From Prosthecobacter sp. (GTDB lineage Bacteria > Verrucomicrobiota > Verrucomicrobiia > Verrucomicrobiales > Verrucomicrobiaceae), in the NCBI GenBank assembly GCA_044345215.1, contig JBIJBO010000002.1:272-64271 (forward strand): a stretch of 64,000 bases of DNA, written 5' to 3'. The translations under genes and the position numbers were made by a program. Position 1 is the stretch's first letter, and each line of letters begins with the position of its first letter. Below are positions 15,643-24,352 of this stretch, in pieces. A model generated the notes under the pieces. The model was not told where the DNA came from and searched no databases. It was given only the letters and a program-made list of their open reading frames with translations.

Positions 15643-18030
15643 ATGAAACGTCTCTGGATCGCCCTTGTCCTGTTGCTGCCGATGGTGGTCGCCGGCTGGC
15701 TGCGCCTGCGTTTTGAAACCGACATCCTGGCGACCCTGCCCGCCAACGTGCCCGAGGTGCGTGCGGTGCGTCTGGTGCGCGACGGCTTCACGGGCGGTGC
15801 GGATTTGGTGGTCGGTCTGGAAGCGGCCGACGATCTGCGCGCCGAGCAGGCCGCGGCGTCCCTGGGACAGCGTCTGGAGCGGTGCAAGGATCTGGTGGTC
15901 AGGGTTTGCCGCGATCTGCCGATGGAGGAGCAGGCGCAGACTGGCGCGGCCCTGCTTGCCTGGATGCTGCAGAACGCCGATCCAGCGGCCTGGCGGGAGT
16001 GGCGCACGCGCCTGGAGGGCGGGCGCGCGCGCTCGGAAGTCGAGCGCGCCTTGCAAACCTTGGGCACGTCCATGGATGCCGAGAAGGTGCAGCGGGCCTC
16101 GTATGATCCGCTGGGCCTGCTGCGGGTGCTGGGGGCGCAGGGCTGGGCGGAGCTCGCCGGTGCGGCGCCAGGCCTGGTTTCGGACGACGGGCGTTTTCGC
16201 CTGCTGCTGGTGACGCCGCGCTCGGAGAACGGCGACTACCGGGAGGCCGATGCCTGGCTGGGTCGGATGCGTGCCGAGGTGGCGGCCTGGCGGTCCGAAG
16301 GCGGCTTCAGCGACTGCACCGTGCGTTTTACGGGCGAACCCGCGTTTCAGTCCGAGGTGGGCATGGGCATTCAGCAGGACATGTCTGGCACCACGGCCCT
16401 GACGGTTTTGCTGATCGGTCTGCTGTTCTGGTGCATGTTTCGGCGTTTGTGCACGCTGCTCTGGATTCAGCTGCTGCTCATTCTGAGCATGGTGTCCGCC
16501 ATCGGTCTCGGTGGCCTGTTCGTCGGGCGGCTCTCGGTCATGAGCCTCGGCTTTGCCGCGATTGTGCTCGGTCTCATTGTCGACTATGCCGTGCTGGTGC
16601 TGCAGGAGGCGCGCCAGCATCCCGGTCTGGAGGTCGCGGCCCTGCGGCGACTGGTCGCCCCGGGCATCGTGGCGGGAGCGGCAACCACCGCTGCCGTGTT
16701 TCTTTCGCTCACCCTCTGTGGCATGCCAGGATTGGCCGAAATGGGACTGCTGGTCGCATTGGGCGTGCTCTCCGGCATGGTGGTCATGCTGGCCTTCATG
16801 CCGGTCGTCGCCCGCAGGGAGGCTGCTTTGCCAGTCGTCCCGGCGGCTCCCGCAGTTTCGCCACCTTCCCCGTGGCCGGCTGCACTGGCCACCGGGGTTT
16901 TGCTGGTTGGCATCGCCGGCGTTTTTGTCTGGCTAGGTCCGCCAGGACTGGAGCGCCAGGTGGATGCGCTGCGCCCGCGTCACAGCGAGGCCATGGAGGC
17001 CTTTCAGTGGGTGCAGGAGCGCTTGGGCCGGGATCGCGAGGCCTCGGTGCCGGTTTTGCTGAAGGCTCCGGTCGAGGAATTGCGCGAGCGGGCCCGGCAA
17101 CTGGAGGCGTCGCTGGCGGTCGCAACCACCCGTGGCATGGTCGTGAGGCATGCCGTGCCCGCATCGCTGGTGCCGGATCCGACGGCTCAGACGGACAATC
17201 GCGAGTCGATTCTCTGGTTGCTTGGCGCGCGCCCGCAGCTGGAGCAGGTGGTTTTGGAGGCGGGTTTCACCGAGGCTGCCCTTGGCCTGATGCGCGGGGT
17301 TTGTGCGGTTTGGGAAAGGGTGGTTGTCTGGCCGCAGGCGTCATCTGACAGTGCCGCGGCCGGCGTGCTCGGGCGTTTCATCGCCGTTGGCAGCACGGAT
17401 TTGCCGGAGGATCAGGGGTTGCTGCTGGCGACGGCGAGCGTGGCCGGACAGCCCGGTCATCCCGACCGCGATTCTCTCGGGCAGTTGCGCAACCATTTGG
17501 AAGGCCTGCCCGGCGCAGGGGTGGCGGGCTGGGAGGTGCTCAGTGGTGTGCTCTCCCAGCTGGCTCAGGACGATCTTCGCCGGCTGCTCCCCCCCGTTCT
17601 GGGCCTGCTGCTCCTGGCGTTGGTGCTGGTCTTCCGCGACTGGCGGGATGTCCTGCTGGCGGTGCTGGCGTTGGGCACCGGTGTTGCCGCCCTGATGGCG
17701 ACGATGCGTGTTTGCGGCCTGTCCTGGAACCTGGCCAGCCTGGCGGCCGTGCCCCTGCTGCTGGGCACCGGCATTGATTATGGCATTCATGTCCTGCTTG
17801 CCCTGCGTCGCAGTGGCAATGCCATCCGCGACGTGCGTGCCGGCACCGGACGAGCCATCCTTTTTGCCGGCATGACGACGGTGATCGGCTTTTCCAGTCT
17901 CACGGTCGCCAACAATCGCGGCCTCACAGCCCTCGGTTTGGTCTGTTGCGTAGGCGTGCTCTGGGTGTTGCTGATCGCCCTCTGGCTGCTGCCGCACTGG
18001 CGCGGGTGGCTGGTGAGGCAGCGGCGCTGA
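15643..18030 (+). CDS. MMPL/RND-superfamily membrane transporter
   Basis: Internal ATG (MKRLWIALVLLLPMVV...) of track ORF 15616..18030, about 795 aa. It has two repeated halves, each a periplasmic loop followed by a multi-TM bundle (GLIVDYAVLVLQE and GTGIDYGIHVLLA, as in MMPL/HpnN-type proteins). Confidence 0.8.
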   Translation: MKRLWIALVLLLPMVVAGWLRLRFETDILATLPANVPEVRAVRLVRDGFTGGADLVVGLEAADDLRAEQAAASLGQRLERCKDLVVRVCRDLPMEEQAQTGAALLAWMLQNADPAAWREWRTRLEGGRARSEVERALQTLGTSMDAEKVQRASYDPLGLLRVLGAQGWAELAGAAPGLVSDDGRFRLLLVTPRSENGDYREADAWLGRMRAEVAAWRSEGGFSDCTVRFTGEPAFQSEVGMGIQQDMSGTTALTVLLIGLLFWCMFRRLCTLLWIQLLLILSMVSAIGLGGLFVGRLSVMSLGFAAIVLGLIVDYAVLVLQEARQHPGLEVAALRRLVAPGIVAGAATTAAVFLSLTLCGMPGLAEMGLLVALGVLSGMVVMLAFMPVVARREAALPVVPAAPAVSPPSPWPAALATGVLLVGIAGVFVWLGPPGLERQVDALRPRHSEAMEAFQWVQERLGRDREASVPVLLKAPVEELRERARQLEASLAVATTRGMVVRHAVPASLVPDPTAQTDNRESILWLLGARPQLEQVVLEAGFTEAALGLMRGVCAVWERVVVWPQASSDSAAAGVLGRFIAVGSTDLPEDQGLLLATASVAGQPGHPDRDSLGQLRNHLEGLPGAGVAGWEVLSGVLSQLAQDDLRRLLPPVLGLLLLALVLVFRDWRDVLLAVLALGTGVAALMATMRVCGLSWNLASLAAVPLLLGTGIDYGIHVLLALRRSGNAIRDVRAGTGRAILFAGMTTVIGFSSLTVANNRGLTALGLVCCVGVLWVLLIALWLLPHWRGWLVRQRR

Positions 18031-19116
18031 TCACTCGAAGGAGTTCATGGCGATGCGGATGCCGTAGGCGAGCAGGGCCGTGACGGGGATGGTCATCACC
18101 CACGCCCAGATGATGCGCTCGACGAGGCTCCACTGAATGGCGTTCCAGCGCTTGGCCGCGCCAACGCCCATGATCGAAGTGGTGATCGTGTGGGTGGTGC
18201 TGACCGGCATGCCCATGACGCCGGTGACGGCAAGGATGGTGGCCGCCGTGGTCTCGGCGGCGAAGCCGTGCACGGGTTTCATCTTCACCATCTTGTGGCC
18301 GAGGGTCTTGATGATGCGCCAGCCACCCGCGTAGGTGCCGGCGGCCATGACGATGGCGCAGGTGGCGATGATCCAGAACGGAATCTCTGCCGACTTGTCC
18401 GGCACGCGCAGGAAGGACAGCCAGGAGGGCAGGTTGTCGAGCGTGCCCGCGGCTGTGGCGCCGTAAAGCGTGAGCATCATGATGCCCATCGTTTTCTGGG
18501 CGTCGGCCAGGCCGTGACCGAAGCCCATGTAGCCGGCGCTGGCGATCTGCAGCTTGCCGAACAGCGTGTTGACCGTGTGCGGCCGCCAGTTGCGAATGAT
18601 CAGGAAGAGCAGGCCCATGACGAGGAAGCCGACGCAGAGGCCGAGCGTGGGCGAACTGACCATGGGAATGACCACCTTGTGGTAGATGCCGTCCATCTTG
18701 CCGTCGGCCTTCTCGCGCGACCAGACGAGGACGTTCCAGTTGCCGTTGGAGGTGGCCAGTGCCGAGCCGATGAGGCCGCCGATGAGGGCGTGGCTCGAGC
18801 TCGAGGGCATGCCAAACCACCAGGTCAGCAGGTTCCAGATGATGCCGCCGAGCATGGCGCAAAAGACGGTCATCGTGGTGACGGTCACGACCTTGTCATC
18901 GATGATGCCGCTGTGGATGGTCTTGGCGACGGCCTGGCCGCAGAAGGCGCCGATGAGGTTCATGCCGGAGGCCAAAAGCAGGGCCTGGCGGGGAGTGAGC
19001 ACCTTGGTCGAAACCACGGTGGCAATGGCGTTGGCGGTGTCGTGGAAGCCGTTGATGTACTCGAAGGCGAGCACCACAAACAGCACCACGAACAGCAGAA
19101 GCAGGGCGGTGGTCAT
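18031..19116 (-). CDS. pit: Inorganic phosphate transporter, PiT family
   Basis: 361 aa. The N-terminus FEYINGFHDTANAIATVV and a C-terminal repeat with MPVSTTHTITTSIMGVG are the duplicated PiT signature. It is polytopic. Confidence 0.93.
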   Translation of the reverse strand: MTTALLLLFVVLFVVLAFEYINGFHDTANAIATVVSTKVLTPRQALLLASGMNLIGAFCGQAVAKTIHSGIIDDKVVTVTTMTVFCAMLGGIIWNLLTWWFGMPSSSSHALIGGLIGSALATSNGNWNVLVWSREKADGKMDGIYHKVVIPMVSSPTLGLCVGFLVMGLLFLIIRNWRPHTVNTLFGKLQIASAGYMGFGHGLADAQKTMGIMMLTLYGATAAGTLDNLPSWLSFLRVPDKSAEIPFWIIATCAIVMAAGTYAGGWRIIKTLGHKMVKMKPVHGFAAETTAATILAVTGVMGMPVSTTHTITTSIMGVGAAKRWNAIQWSLVERIIWAWVMTIPVTALLAYGIRIAMNSFE

Positions 19117-19132
19117 GCTGGGCGGCTCTGCC

Positions 19133-19762
19133 TCAGGTGTATTTCAGAACGATCTGCGACAGCACGTTGCCGGCGTCGCGGCAGCGGTCGACCACCTTTT
19201 CCAGCAGGTCGTAGAGATCCCGCAGCATGATGACCCTCAGCGGGTCGTGCTGGCCACTGTAAAGGTCCTTGAGCAGCTCCATGATGAGCTTGTCGGCTTC
19301 ACCCTCGACATGCTGAAGGCGGGCATTCATCTCCTTCATGCGTTCAAGGTGCAGCTTCTTGCGGAGTTCCTTGACCATGGCCACGACGGTCTCGGCGGCG
19401 GTTTCGATCATGGCCATGTGGCGGCTGAACTCGGCACCCTGAACGCGTCCGGAGCAGATCAGGAATCGCTCCGCGATCTTTTCGACGGTTTTGGGGATCT
19501 TGTAGAGGGCGTTGGCCAGCTGCTCGATGTCCTCGCGCTCCAGTTCGGTCACGAAGGTTTTGCAGAGCGCCTTGTTGATCTCCTCGGTGATTTGCTTGTC
19601 CTTGCGGCGCACCTGTTTGAACTGCTCAAGCTCGCCGCTGCTGGCAGCCATCGAGAAGAGAGTTTTGAGGGCTTGGACGCTGTGCCAAGTTTCTTCGGCG
19701 CTCTTCTCGAGAAGATCGTAAAAGATGTCAGTCTTGCCGAAGAATTTTTGCAGGGAGATCAT
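19133..19762 (-). CDS. DUF47 / PhoU-like Pit accessory protein (YkaA family)
   Basis: Internal ATG (MISLQKFFGKTDIFYDLLEKSAEE...) of track ORF 19133..19822, 209 aa. HVEGEADKLIMELLKDLY and DLYDLLEKVVDRCRDAG are typical of DUF47. It lies 16 nt upstream of pit, a classic gene pair. Confidence 0.88.
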   Translation of the reverse strand: MISLQKFFGKTDIFYDLLEKSAEETWHSVQALKTLFSMAASSGELEQFKQVRRKDKQITEEINKALCKTFVTELEREDIEQLANALYKIPKTVEKIAERFLICSGRVQGAEFSRHMAMIETAAETVVAMVKELRKKLHLERMKEMNARLQHVEGEADKLIMELLKDLYSGQHDPLRVIMLRDLYDLLEKVVDRCRDAGNVLSQIVLKYT

Positions 19763-19815
19763 GGGTTGGGAGCGGGTGTCGCCGCGTGATTGCGATGTTC
19801 CGAAGGGCGCGAAAG

Positions 19816-19891
19816 CTGTCAAAGCGGCTTATGTGACAACTCCGTGACATACTGACAGCAGCCCTGTCAACGTTTGTTACATATACGTAAC
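19816..19891 (-). promoter_or_regulatory. Pho-box-like TGTCA repeat cluster plus GTTAC-N6-GTAAC palindrome upstream of the DUF47-pit operon
   Basis: The minus strand reads AAAAGTTACGTATATGTAACAAACGTTGACAGGGCTGCTGTCAGTATGTCACGGAGTTGTCACATAAGCCGCTTTGACAG. ATGTCAC-GGAG-TTGTCAC is a 7+4+7 direct repeat with 11-bp periodicity, as in the E. coli Pho box CTGTCAT-N4-CTGTCAT. It lies in an AT-rich patch 55-130 nt upstream of the operon ATG. Confidence 0.45.
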
Positions 19892-20041
19892 TTTTAAAGT
19901 GTTCAAAAGAATAGTCCTCCGCTGCCGGTCTGGGAAGGTCGCAGCAGCCAGGAAAGAGAGGCTGGGGTTGGTTTCGGGCTCGCGTTTTGGCTGCAGGTTT
20001 CGAAGGGCCCTTTTTTCCTCCTGACTGTCAATGCCGCAGCG

Positions 20042-20451
20042 CGGTTGCCCCTTGCGCTGGCCCCGGGCCGCCGGATTTTTCTGATTGGCAACACGCTGTT
20101 CGATCGCGTGTGCGACGACGTCCAGTTCAAGGCCTTGCTGCACCAAGGTTAGGCACGCGCAAAACTCGTCCTGCGCAACCGGGCTTGTCGGCGGATGAGG
20201 TGGCGCTGCAACCGCGCCAGGATGGCTTCGGCGACCTCAATCAACATCTGACCGAGCGCGACGCCGTTGTGATTCTCGTGGCCTTTGGCTTCTGGAAGAG
20301 CTTCAGGGGTGAGGCAGGACTGGCGGAGTTCGAAAACCTGATGCGGGCCTTGATCACTGAACTGAAGAGCCACCGCTACAATGTCAGCCGAGAACCGATT
20401 CCCGAATTGGTGAGTCCGCTCCGCGCCACCGCCGCAGGCAGGTGGCGCAGA
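20042..20451 (+). pseudogene. Remnant of an SGNH/GDSL-type hydrolase domain gene (in-frame stop, frameshift, 3' truncation)
   Basis: One frame reads RRIFLIGNTLFDRVCDDVQFKALLHQG*ARAKLVLRN, with TAG at about 20149. After a 1-nt shift at about 20180 the track ORF 19987 frame continues GLSADEVALQPRQDGFGDLNQHLTERDAVVILVAFGFWKSFRGEAGLAEFENLMRALITELKSH. This matches the IGNT...RNLGWSGDxV...FGxNESFxGxxGLxxF block order of PVC-type SGNH domains. The frame then runs into the 3' end of the convergent aldo/keto reductase gene. Confidence 0.5.
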
Positions 20452-21375
20452 TCAGGGAATCTGCTGGCCCTGCGCGGCTTCCCAGAGGGCGTACCAGTCT
20501 TCGCGTTCGAGCCGGATGGAGGTGGATTTGGCCGTGGACTGCAGACGGTCGAGTTTGTTGGTGCCGATGATGGGCAGGGGCTGCGAGGGATGCGCGAGGA
20601 TCCACGCGTAGGCGAGCTGGTCGAGGCTGGCGCCACCGTATTTGTCGGCCAGCTCGGCCGCCTTGGCGTGAATGCGCACAGTGGCGGGGTCCTCCAGGCT
20701 CATGAGGCGGCCCTGGGCCAGTGGCGACCAGGCCATGGGACGCATGCCCAGGCGCTGGCACTGGTCGGCGGTGCCGTCGTAGATGGGGGCCATGTGCAGC
20801 AGGCTGAATTCGATCTGGTTGGTGACCAGCGGCCGGTCAAGACGGGCATTGAGCAGCTCGACCTGATGGATGTTGTAGTTGGAGACGCCGGCATGCAGGA
20901 TCTTGCCCTCGCGCATCAGCTTGTTGAGGCCCTCGGCAGTTTCGTCGGCCGAAGTCAGCCAGTCGGGCCGGTGGACCAGGAAGAGGTCGATGCGGTCGGT
21001 GCCAAGCAGGCGCAGGGATTTTTCCGCGCTTTTGACCAGGCGGGCGGCGCTGGCGTTGTAGTGGGCGGTCTTGCGGTCGGGGTGGAACTCGCAGGGCACG
21101 TAGATGCCGGCCTTGGTGACGATCTCGAATTTCTCGCGCAAGCCGGGTTCCCGGCGGAGGGTTTCGCCGATGAACTCCTCGACTTTGTACAGACCGTAGA
21201 TTTCGGCGGTGTCGAGGGTGGTGATGCCCAGCTCGAGGCAGGCGTGCAGGCGGGTCAGCAGGTTGTCCGGCGTGGCGGTGGAGGCGTCATCGAGGACGCG
21301 CCAGGTGCCGTAGATGAGGCGTGAGAAAGTCGGTCCGTTGGCGGCAATTGGCAGTCGAGGGATCATGAAGCCCAT
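20452..21375 (-). CDS. Aldo/keto reductase family oxidoreductase (YdhF-like)
   Basis: 307 aa, with FSRLIYGTWRV, LELGITTLDTAEIYG, HRPDWL, GVSNYN and PMAWSPLAQG, the AKR motif order. ATG 21366 is an alternative start. Confidence 0.88.
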   Translation of the reverse strand: MGFMIPRLPIAANGPTFSRLIYGTWRVLDDASTATPDNLLTRLHACLELGITTLDTAEIYGLYKVEEFIGETLRREPGLREKFEIVTKAGIYVPCEFHPDRKTAHYNASAARLVKSAEKSLRLLGTDRIDLFLVHRPDWLTSADETAEGLNKLMREGKILHAGVSNYNIHQVELLNARLDRPLVTNQIEFSLLHMAPIYDGTADQCQRLGMRPMAWSPLAQGRLMSLEDPATVRIHAKAAELADKYGGASLDQLAYAWILAHPSQPLPIIGTNKLDRLQSTAKSTSIRLEREDWYALWEAAQGQQIP

Positions 21376-21407
21376 TCAAGGCGGGAATCCGCGGCTGGCA
21401 ACGGCGC

Positions 21408-21445
21408 AAAAAAAGAACCCACCTCGCCCGCAGGAAGGTGGGTTC
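21408..21445 (-). terminator. Rho-independent terminator of rpsT
   Basis: The minus strand reads GAACCCACCT-(11 nt)-AGGTGGGTTC-TTTTTTT, starting about 22 nt after the rpsT stop. It has a 10-bp perfect stem and a T7 tail. Confidence 0.85.
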
Positions 21446-21466
21446 CAAAAGGGGGATGATACCGGC

Positions 21467-21739
21467 TCAGGCCTTTTTGGCGAGCGCACCGATCTTGACG
21501 GCGAGGCGGCTCTTCAGGCGTGAGGAGGTGTTCTTGTGCAGGACCTTGGTCTTGGCGGCCTTGTCGGCGGCGGAGGCGAATTCGCTGAGCGAGGCGCTGG
21601 CGGTGGCGGCGTCACCGGCTTCGATGGCGGACAGCACCTTCTTGCGCAGGGTGCGGATGCGGCTCTTGACGGCCTGGTTTGCCGCCGTGCGCTTGGCGGT
21701 CTTGCGGATGTCTTTTTCGCTGGAGCGGATGTTGGCCAT
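21467..21739 (-). CDS. rpsT: 30S ribosomal protein S20
   Basis: 90 aa. MANIRSSEKDIRKTAKRTAANQAVKSRIRTLRKKV is the canonical S20 N-terminus, and the composition is basic and helical. Confidence 0.95.
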   Translation of the reverse strand: MANIRSSEKDIRKTAKRTAANQAVKSRIRTLRKKVLSAIEAGDAATASASLSEFASAADKAAKTKVLHKNTSSRLKSRLAVKIGALAKKA

Positions 21740-21790
21740 AAGGGGTCTGCGGGTAAAGGGCGGAGTTAATACGGCAGCTGGCTGGGGCTG

Positions 21791-22405
21791 TCAAACTGGA
21801 ATCTGGACCCGGCCACGCGCCAGCAATTCGCGGACGTACTTGCCGAGCAGGTCGAATTCGACGTTGAGGCGGTCGCCGGGCACGCGTTCGTGCAGGTGGG
21901 TGACGGCGAGGGTATGGGGAATGATCCAGCAGGTGACGCTGGTTTCGCCGACCTCGGCGGCGGTGAGGGAGATGCCGTCGAGGCAGATTGAGCCCTTGGG
22001 GATGACCAGACCGCGGAATTCGGCCGGCAGTTCAACCTCGAGCCGGTGGTCCTGGCCATGCGGGCTGAGGTCGAGCAGGCGGACCGTGGCGTCGATGTGG
22101 CCCTGAACGAAGTGGCCGCCAAAGCGGGCCTGCATCGACAAGGCGCGCTCGAGATTGACCTGGCGGCCAGGCCGGAGGTCGCCGAGGCTGGTAACCCGCA
22201 GGGTCTGGCCGAGCAGGTCGAAGGCGGCCGTGCCTTCGGCTGAATCGAGCGCGGCGACAGTCAGACAACAGCCGTTGACCGCCAGGCTGTCGCCGAGCGA
22301 CAGTTCCGGAGTCAGGGAGCCGGCATCCAGCATCATGCGGGCGCCTTCGCCGCGGGCTTCGAGGGCGACAACACGGCCGGTGGTTTCAACGAGTCCGGTG
22401 AACAT
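21791..22405 (-). CDS. ribE: Riboflavin synthase (alpha chain)
   Basis: Internal ATG (MFTGLVETTGRVVALE...) of track ORF 21791..22438, 204 aa. It has the duplicated lumazine-binding repeats, LGDSLAVNGCCLTV and KGSICLDGISLTAAEV. Confidence 0.93.
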   Translation of the reverse strand: MFTGLVETTGRVVALEARGEGARMMLDAGSLTPELSLGDSLAVNGCCLTVAALDSAEGTAAFDLLGQTLRVTSLGDLRPGRQVNLERALSMQARFGGHFVQGHIDATVRLLDLSPHGQDHRLEVELPAEFRGLVIPKGSICLDGISLTAAEVGETSVTCWIIPHTLAVTHLHERVPGDRLNVEFDLLGKYVRELLARGRVQIPV

Positions 22406-22455
22406 GCGCCATTTTCCATGCCGGGGGGCGCTGCGCAAGCGGCCGGGTGCGGCAT

Positions 22456-23415
22456 TTAGCGCTCCAGTTGGGCGCGGGTTTGGTCGATGACGCTGCGGGG
22501 CAGCGGGTAGTAACCGTCCTTGAGCACGACCTGTTGGCCATCGCGGCTGTGAATGAAGCGGATGAACTCGCGCGTGGCCGGATCAAGCGGCCGGCCGGGC
22601 TGCTTGTTGAGGTAGATGACCAGAAAGCGGGCGAGCGGATAGCGGCCGTTGATGCAGTTCTCGTAGGTGGGTTCGGCGAAGTCCGCGGCGGTTTCGCCGA
22701 CCGGCAGCACCCGAACGCCGGAGGTGCGGTAGCCGATCCCGGTGTAACCGAGCGCGTAGGGGTCGGCACCGACCGCCTGAACGACCGACGAGGAGCCGGG
22801 CTGCTCCTTGACGTGGCTTTTGAAGTCGCCGCGGCCAAGCACGTGTTCCTTAAAGAAACCGTAGGTGCCGGAGGCGCTGTTGCGACCGTACAGTGAGATG
22901 GCCCTGCCGCTCCAGGCGGTCACGCCGAGCTGGCCCCAGTCGCGCAGGTCGGCGGGCGCGCCGAGCCGGCGGGTCGCGGAAAACGCGGCGTCGAGTTCGG
23001 CCAATGTCAGGCCTCGCACGGGGTTGTCCTTGTGGACGAAGACGGCGAGGGCGTCCACCGCCACGCGCACGGCGAGCGGCGGGTAACCGAACCTCTTTTC
23101 GAAGGCATGGATTTCCTCGCGCTTCATTTCCCGGCTCATGGGTCCGAGCTGGCAGGTGCCGGCGATCAGGGCAGGGGGGGCGGTTGCCGAGCCCTTGCCC
23201 TCGACCTGGAGGCTGACGTTCGGGTAGCGCGCCTTGAATCCCTCGGCCCACAGGGTCATCAGATTGTTGAGGGTGTCCGAGCCGACCGAGATGATGTCGC
23301 CCGAGACGCCCTCGAGGCGCTGGTAGGCGGGAATGGCCGGATCGATTTCGACCGCCGCCGCCGGCGCGGCCGCGAGCGGCGCGCAGAGGAGGACAGCGAG
23401 ACGGAGGCGGCGCAT
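22456..23415 (-). CDS. pstS: Phosphate ABC transporter substrate-binding protein PstS (PBP-like)
   Basis: Internal ATG ([21 protein letters not shown], a signal peptide) of track ORF 22456..24318, 319 aa. Strings: [45 protein letters not shown] and [17 protein letters not shown]. The upstream 301 codons of the track ORF are antisense to pstB and were discarded. Confidence 0.88.
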   Translation of the reverse strand: MRRLRLAVLLCAPLAAAPAAAVEIDPAIPAYQRLEGVSGDIISVGSDTLNNLMTLWAEGFKARYPNVSLQVEGKGSATAPPALIAGTCQLGPMSREMKREEIHAFEKRFGYPPLAVRVAVDALAVFVHKDNPVRGLTLAELDAAFSATRRLGAPADLRDWGQLGVTAWSGRAISLYGRNSASGTYGFFKEHVLGRGDFKSHVKEQPGSSSVVQAVGADPYALGYTGIGYRTSGVRVLPVGETAADFAEPTYENCINGRYPLARFLVIYLNKQPGRPLDPATREFIRFIHSRDGQQVVLKDGYYPLPRSVIDQTRAQLER

Positions 23416-23499
23416 GGTCCTTTCATGGCCGCTTCCGGTCGCCCTGACAAGAAGGAAGGTTGCGCTCCGCGCCGCCGGCGCGACATTGCCGCGCCTGCC

Positions 23500-24291
23500 A
23501 TGGCCGAGCCCGCCCCCAGTCCTGCCGTCGATCCGTCCCCGTCCATTCGGGTGTGCGACCTGGACTTTTTTTACGGTGCGCAGGCGGCACTGGCCGGGGT
23601 GAGTCTGGAAGTGCCGCGACGGCAGGCAACCGCTTTCATCGGCCCTTCCGGCTGTGGCAAGTCCACCCTGCTGCGCTGTTTCAACCGCATGAACGACCGC
23701 ATCGAGGGTGCGGTGATTCGCAACGGCAGCATCGAAGTCGAGGGCTACGACATCCGGGATCCCGGGTTGGATGTTGTGCGTCTGCGCCGCGAGGTCGGCA
23801 TGGTGTTTCAGCGTTCGAATCCCTTCCCGGGCAGCCTCTACGACAATGTGGCCTATGGTCTGCGCCTGCAGGGGGAGAAACGCCGTGACCGGCTGGATCA
23901 TGCGGTCGAGCAAAGCCTGCGCGCGGCCGGTCTCTGGGACGAGGTGAAGGATCAGCTGTCGGCCCCCGCCGTGGCATTGTCCGGCGGTCAGCAGCAGCGC
24001 CTGTGCATCGCCCGGGCCATCGCGCTGAAGCCCCGGGTGCTGCTTCTCGATGAACCCTGTTCTGCGCTCGACCCGCTGGCCAGCGCACGCATCGAGGACC
24101 TGATCCATGAACTCAAGCGGGAGTACACCTTGGTCATCGTCACCCACAACCTGCAGCAGGCGATGCGCATCACGGATTTCACCGCATTCTTTTGCGCCGG
24201 CCGGCTGGTCGAGTTCGGCGACACTCTGGGCTTTTTCGAGCAGCCAACTGAGAAGCTCAGCCGCGACTTCATCACCGGCCGATTTGGCTGA
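23500..24291 (+). CDS. pstB: Phosphate ABC transporter ATP-binding protein PstB
   Basis: Internal ATG ([10 protein letters not shown]...) of track ORF 23032..24291, 263 aa. Strings: [68 protein letters not shown] and the C-terminal FITGRFG. Confidence 0.95.
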   Translation: MAEPAPSPAVDPSPSIRVCDLDFFYGAQAALAGVSLEVPRRQATAFIGPSGCGKSTLLRCFNRMNDRIEGAVIRNGSIEVEGYDIRDPGLDVVRLRREVGMVFQRSNPFPGSLYDNVAYGLRLQGEKRRDRLDHAVEQSLRAAGLWDEVKDQLSAPAVALSGGQQQRLCIARAIALKPRVLLLDEPCSALDPLASARIEDLIHELKREYTLVIVTHNLQQAMRITDFTAFFCAGRLVEFGDTLGFFEQPTEKLSRDFITGRFG

Positions 24292-24352
24292 GCTGGCGAA
24301 ATCACGGGTGACCGGCAACCGGCCGCGGCGTTAGGAGTTTCAGTCACTGCCC

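Noticed and set aside
19987-21324. 445-aa plus-strand ORF
   Set aside because: Only its first 150 or so codons carry signal, and that is the SGNH-hydrolase remnant reported as a pseudogene. The rest is antisense to the aldo/keto reductase gene.
22406-22455. Possible FMN riboswitch upstream of ribE
   Set aside because: Only about 50 nt separate ribE from the pstS stop, far too short for an FMN element, and no conserved FMN-box strings are seen.
23416-23499. Looked for a Pho box in the pstS-pstB divergent spacer
   Set aside because: Only isolated TGTCA and TGTCG pentamers about 36 nt apart are present. There is no 11-bp-periodic direct repeat, so no site is claimed.
23416-24318. N-terminal 301-codon extension of the pstS ORF (620-aa track ORF), and the 156-codon extension of the pstB ORF (from 23032)
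   Set aside because: Each extension is antisense to the other gene. Internal ATGs give a normal signal peptide for PstS and a normal-length PstB.
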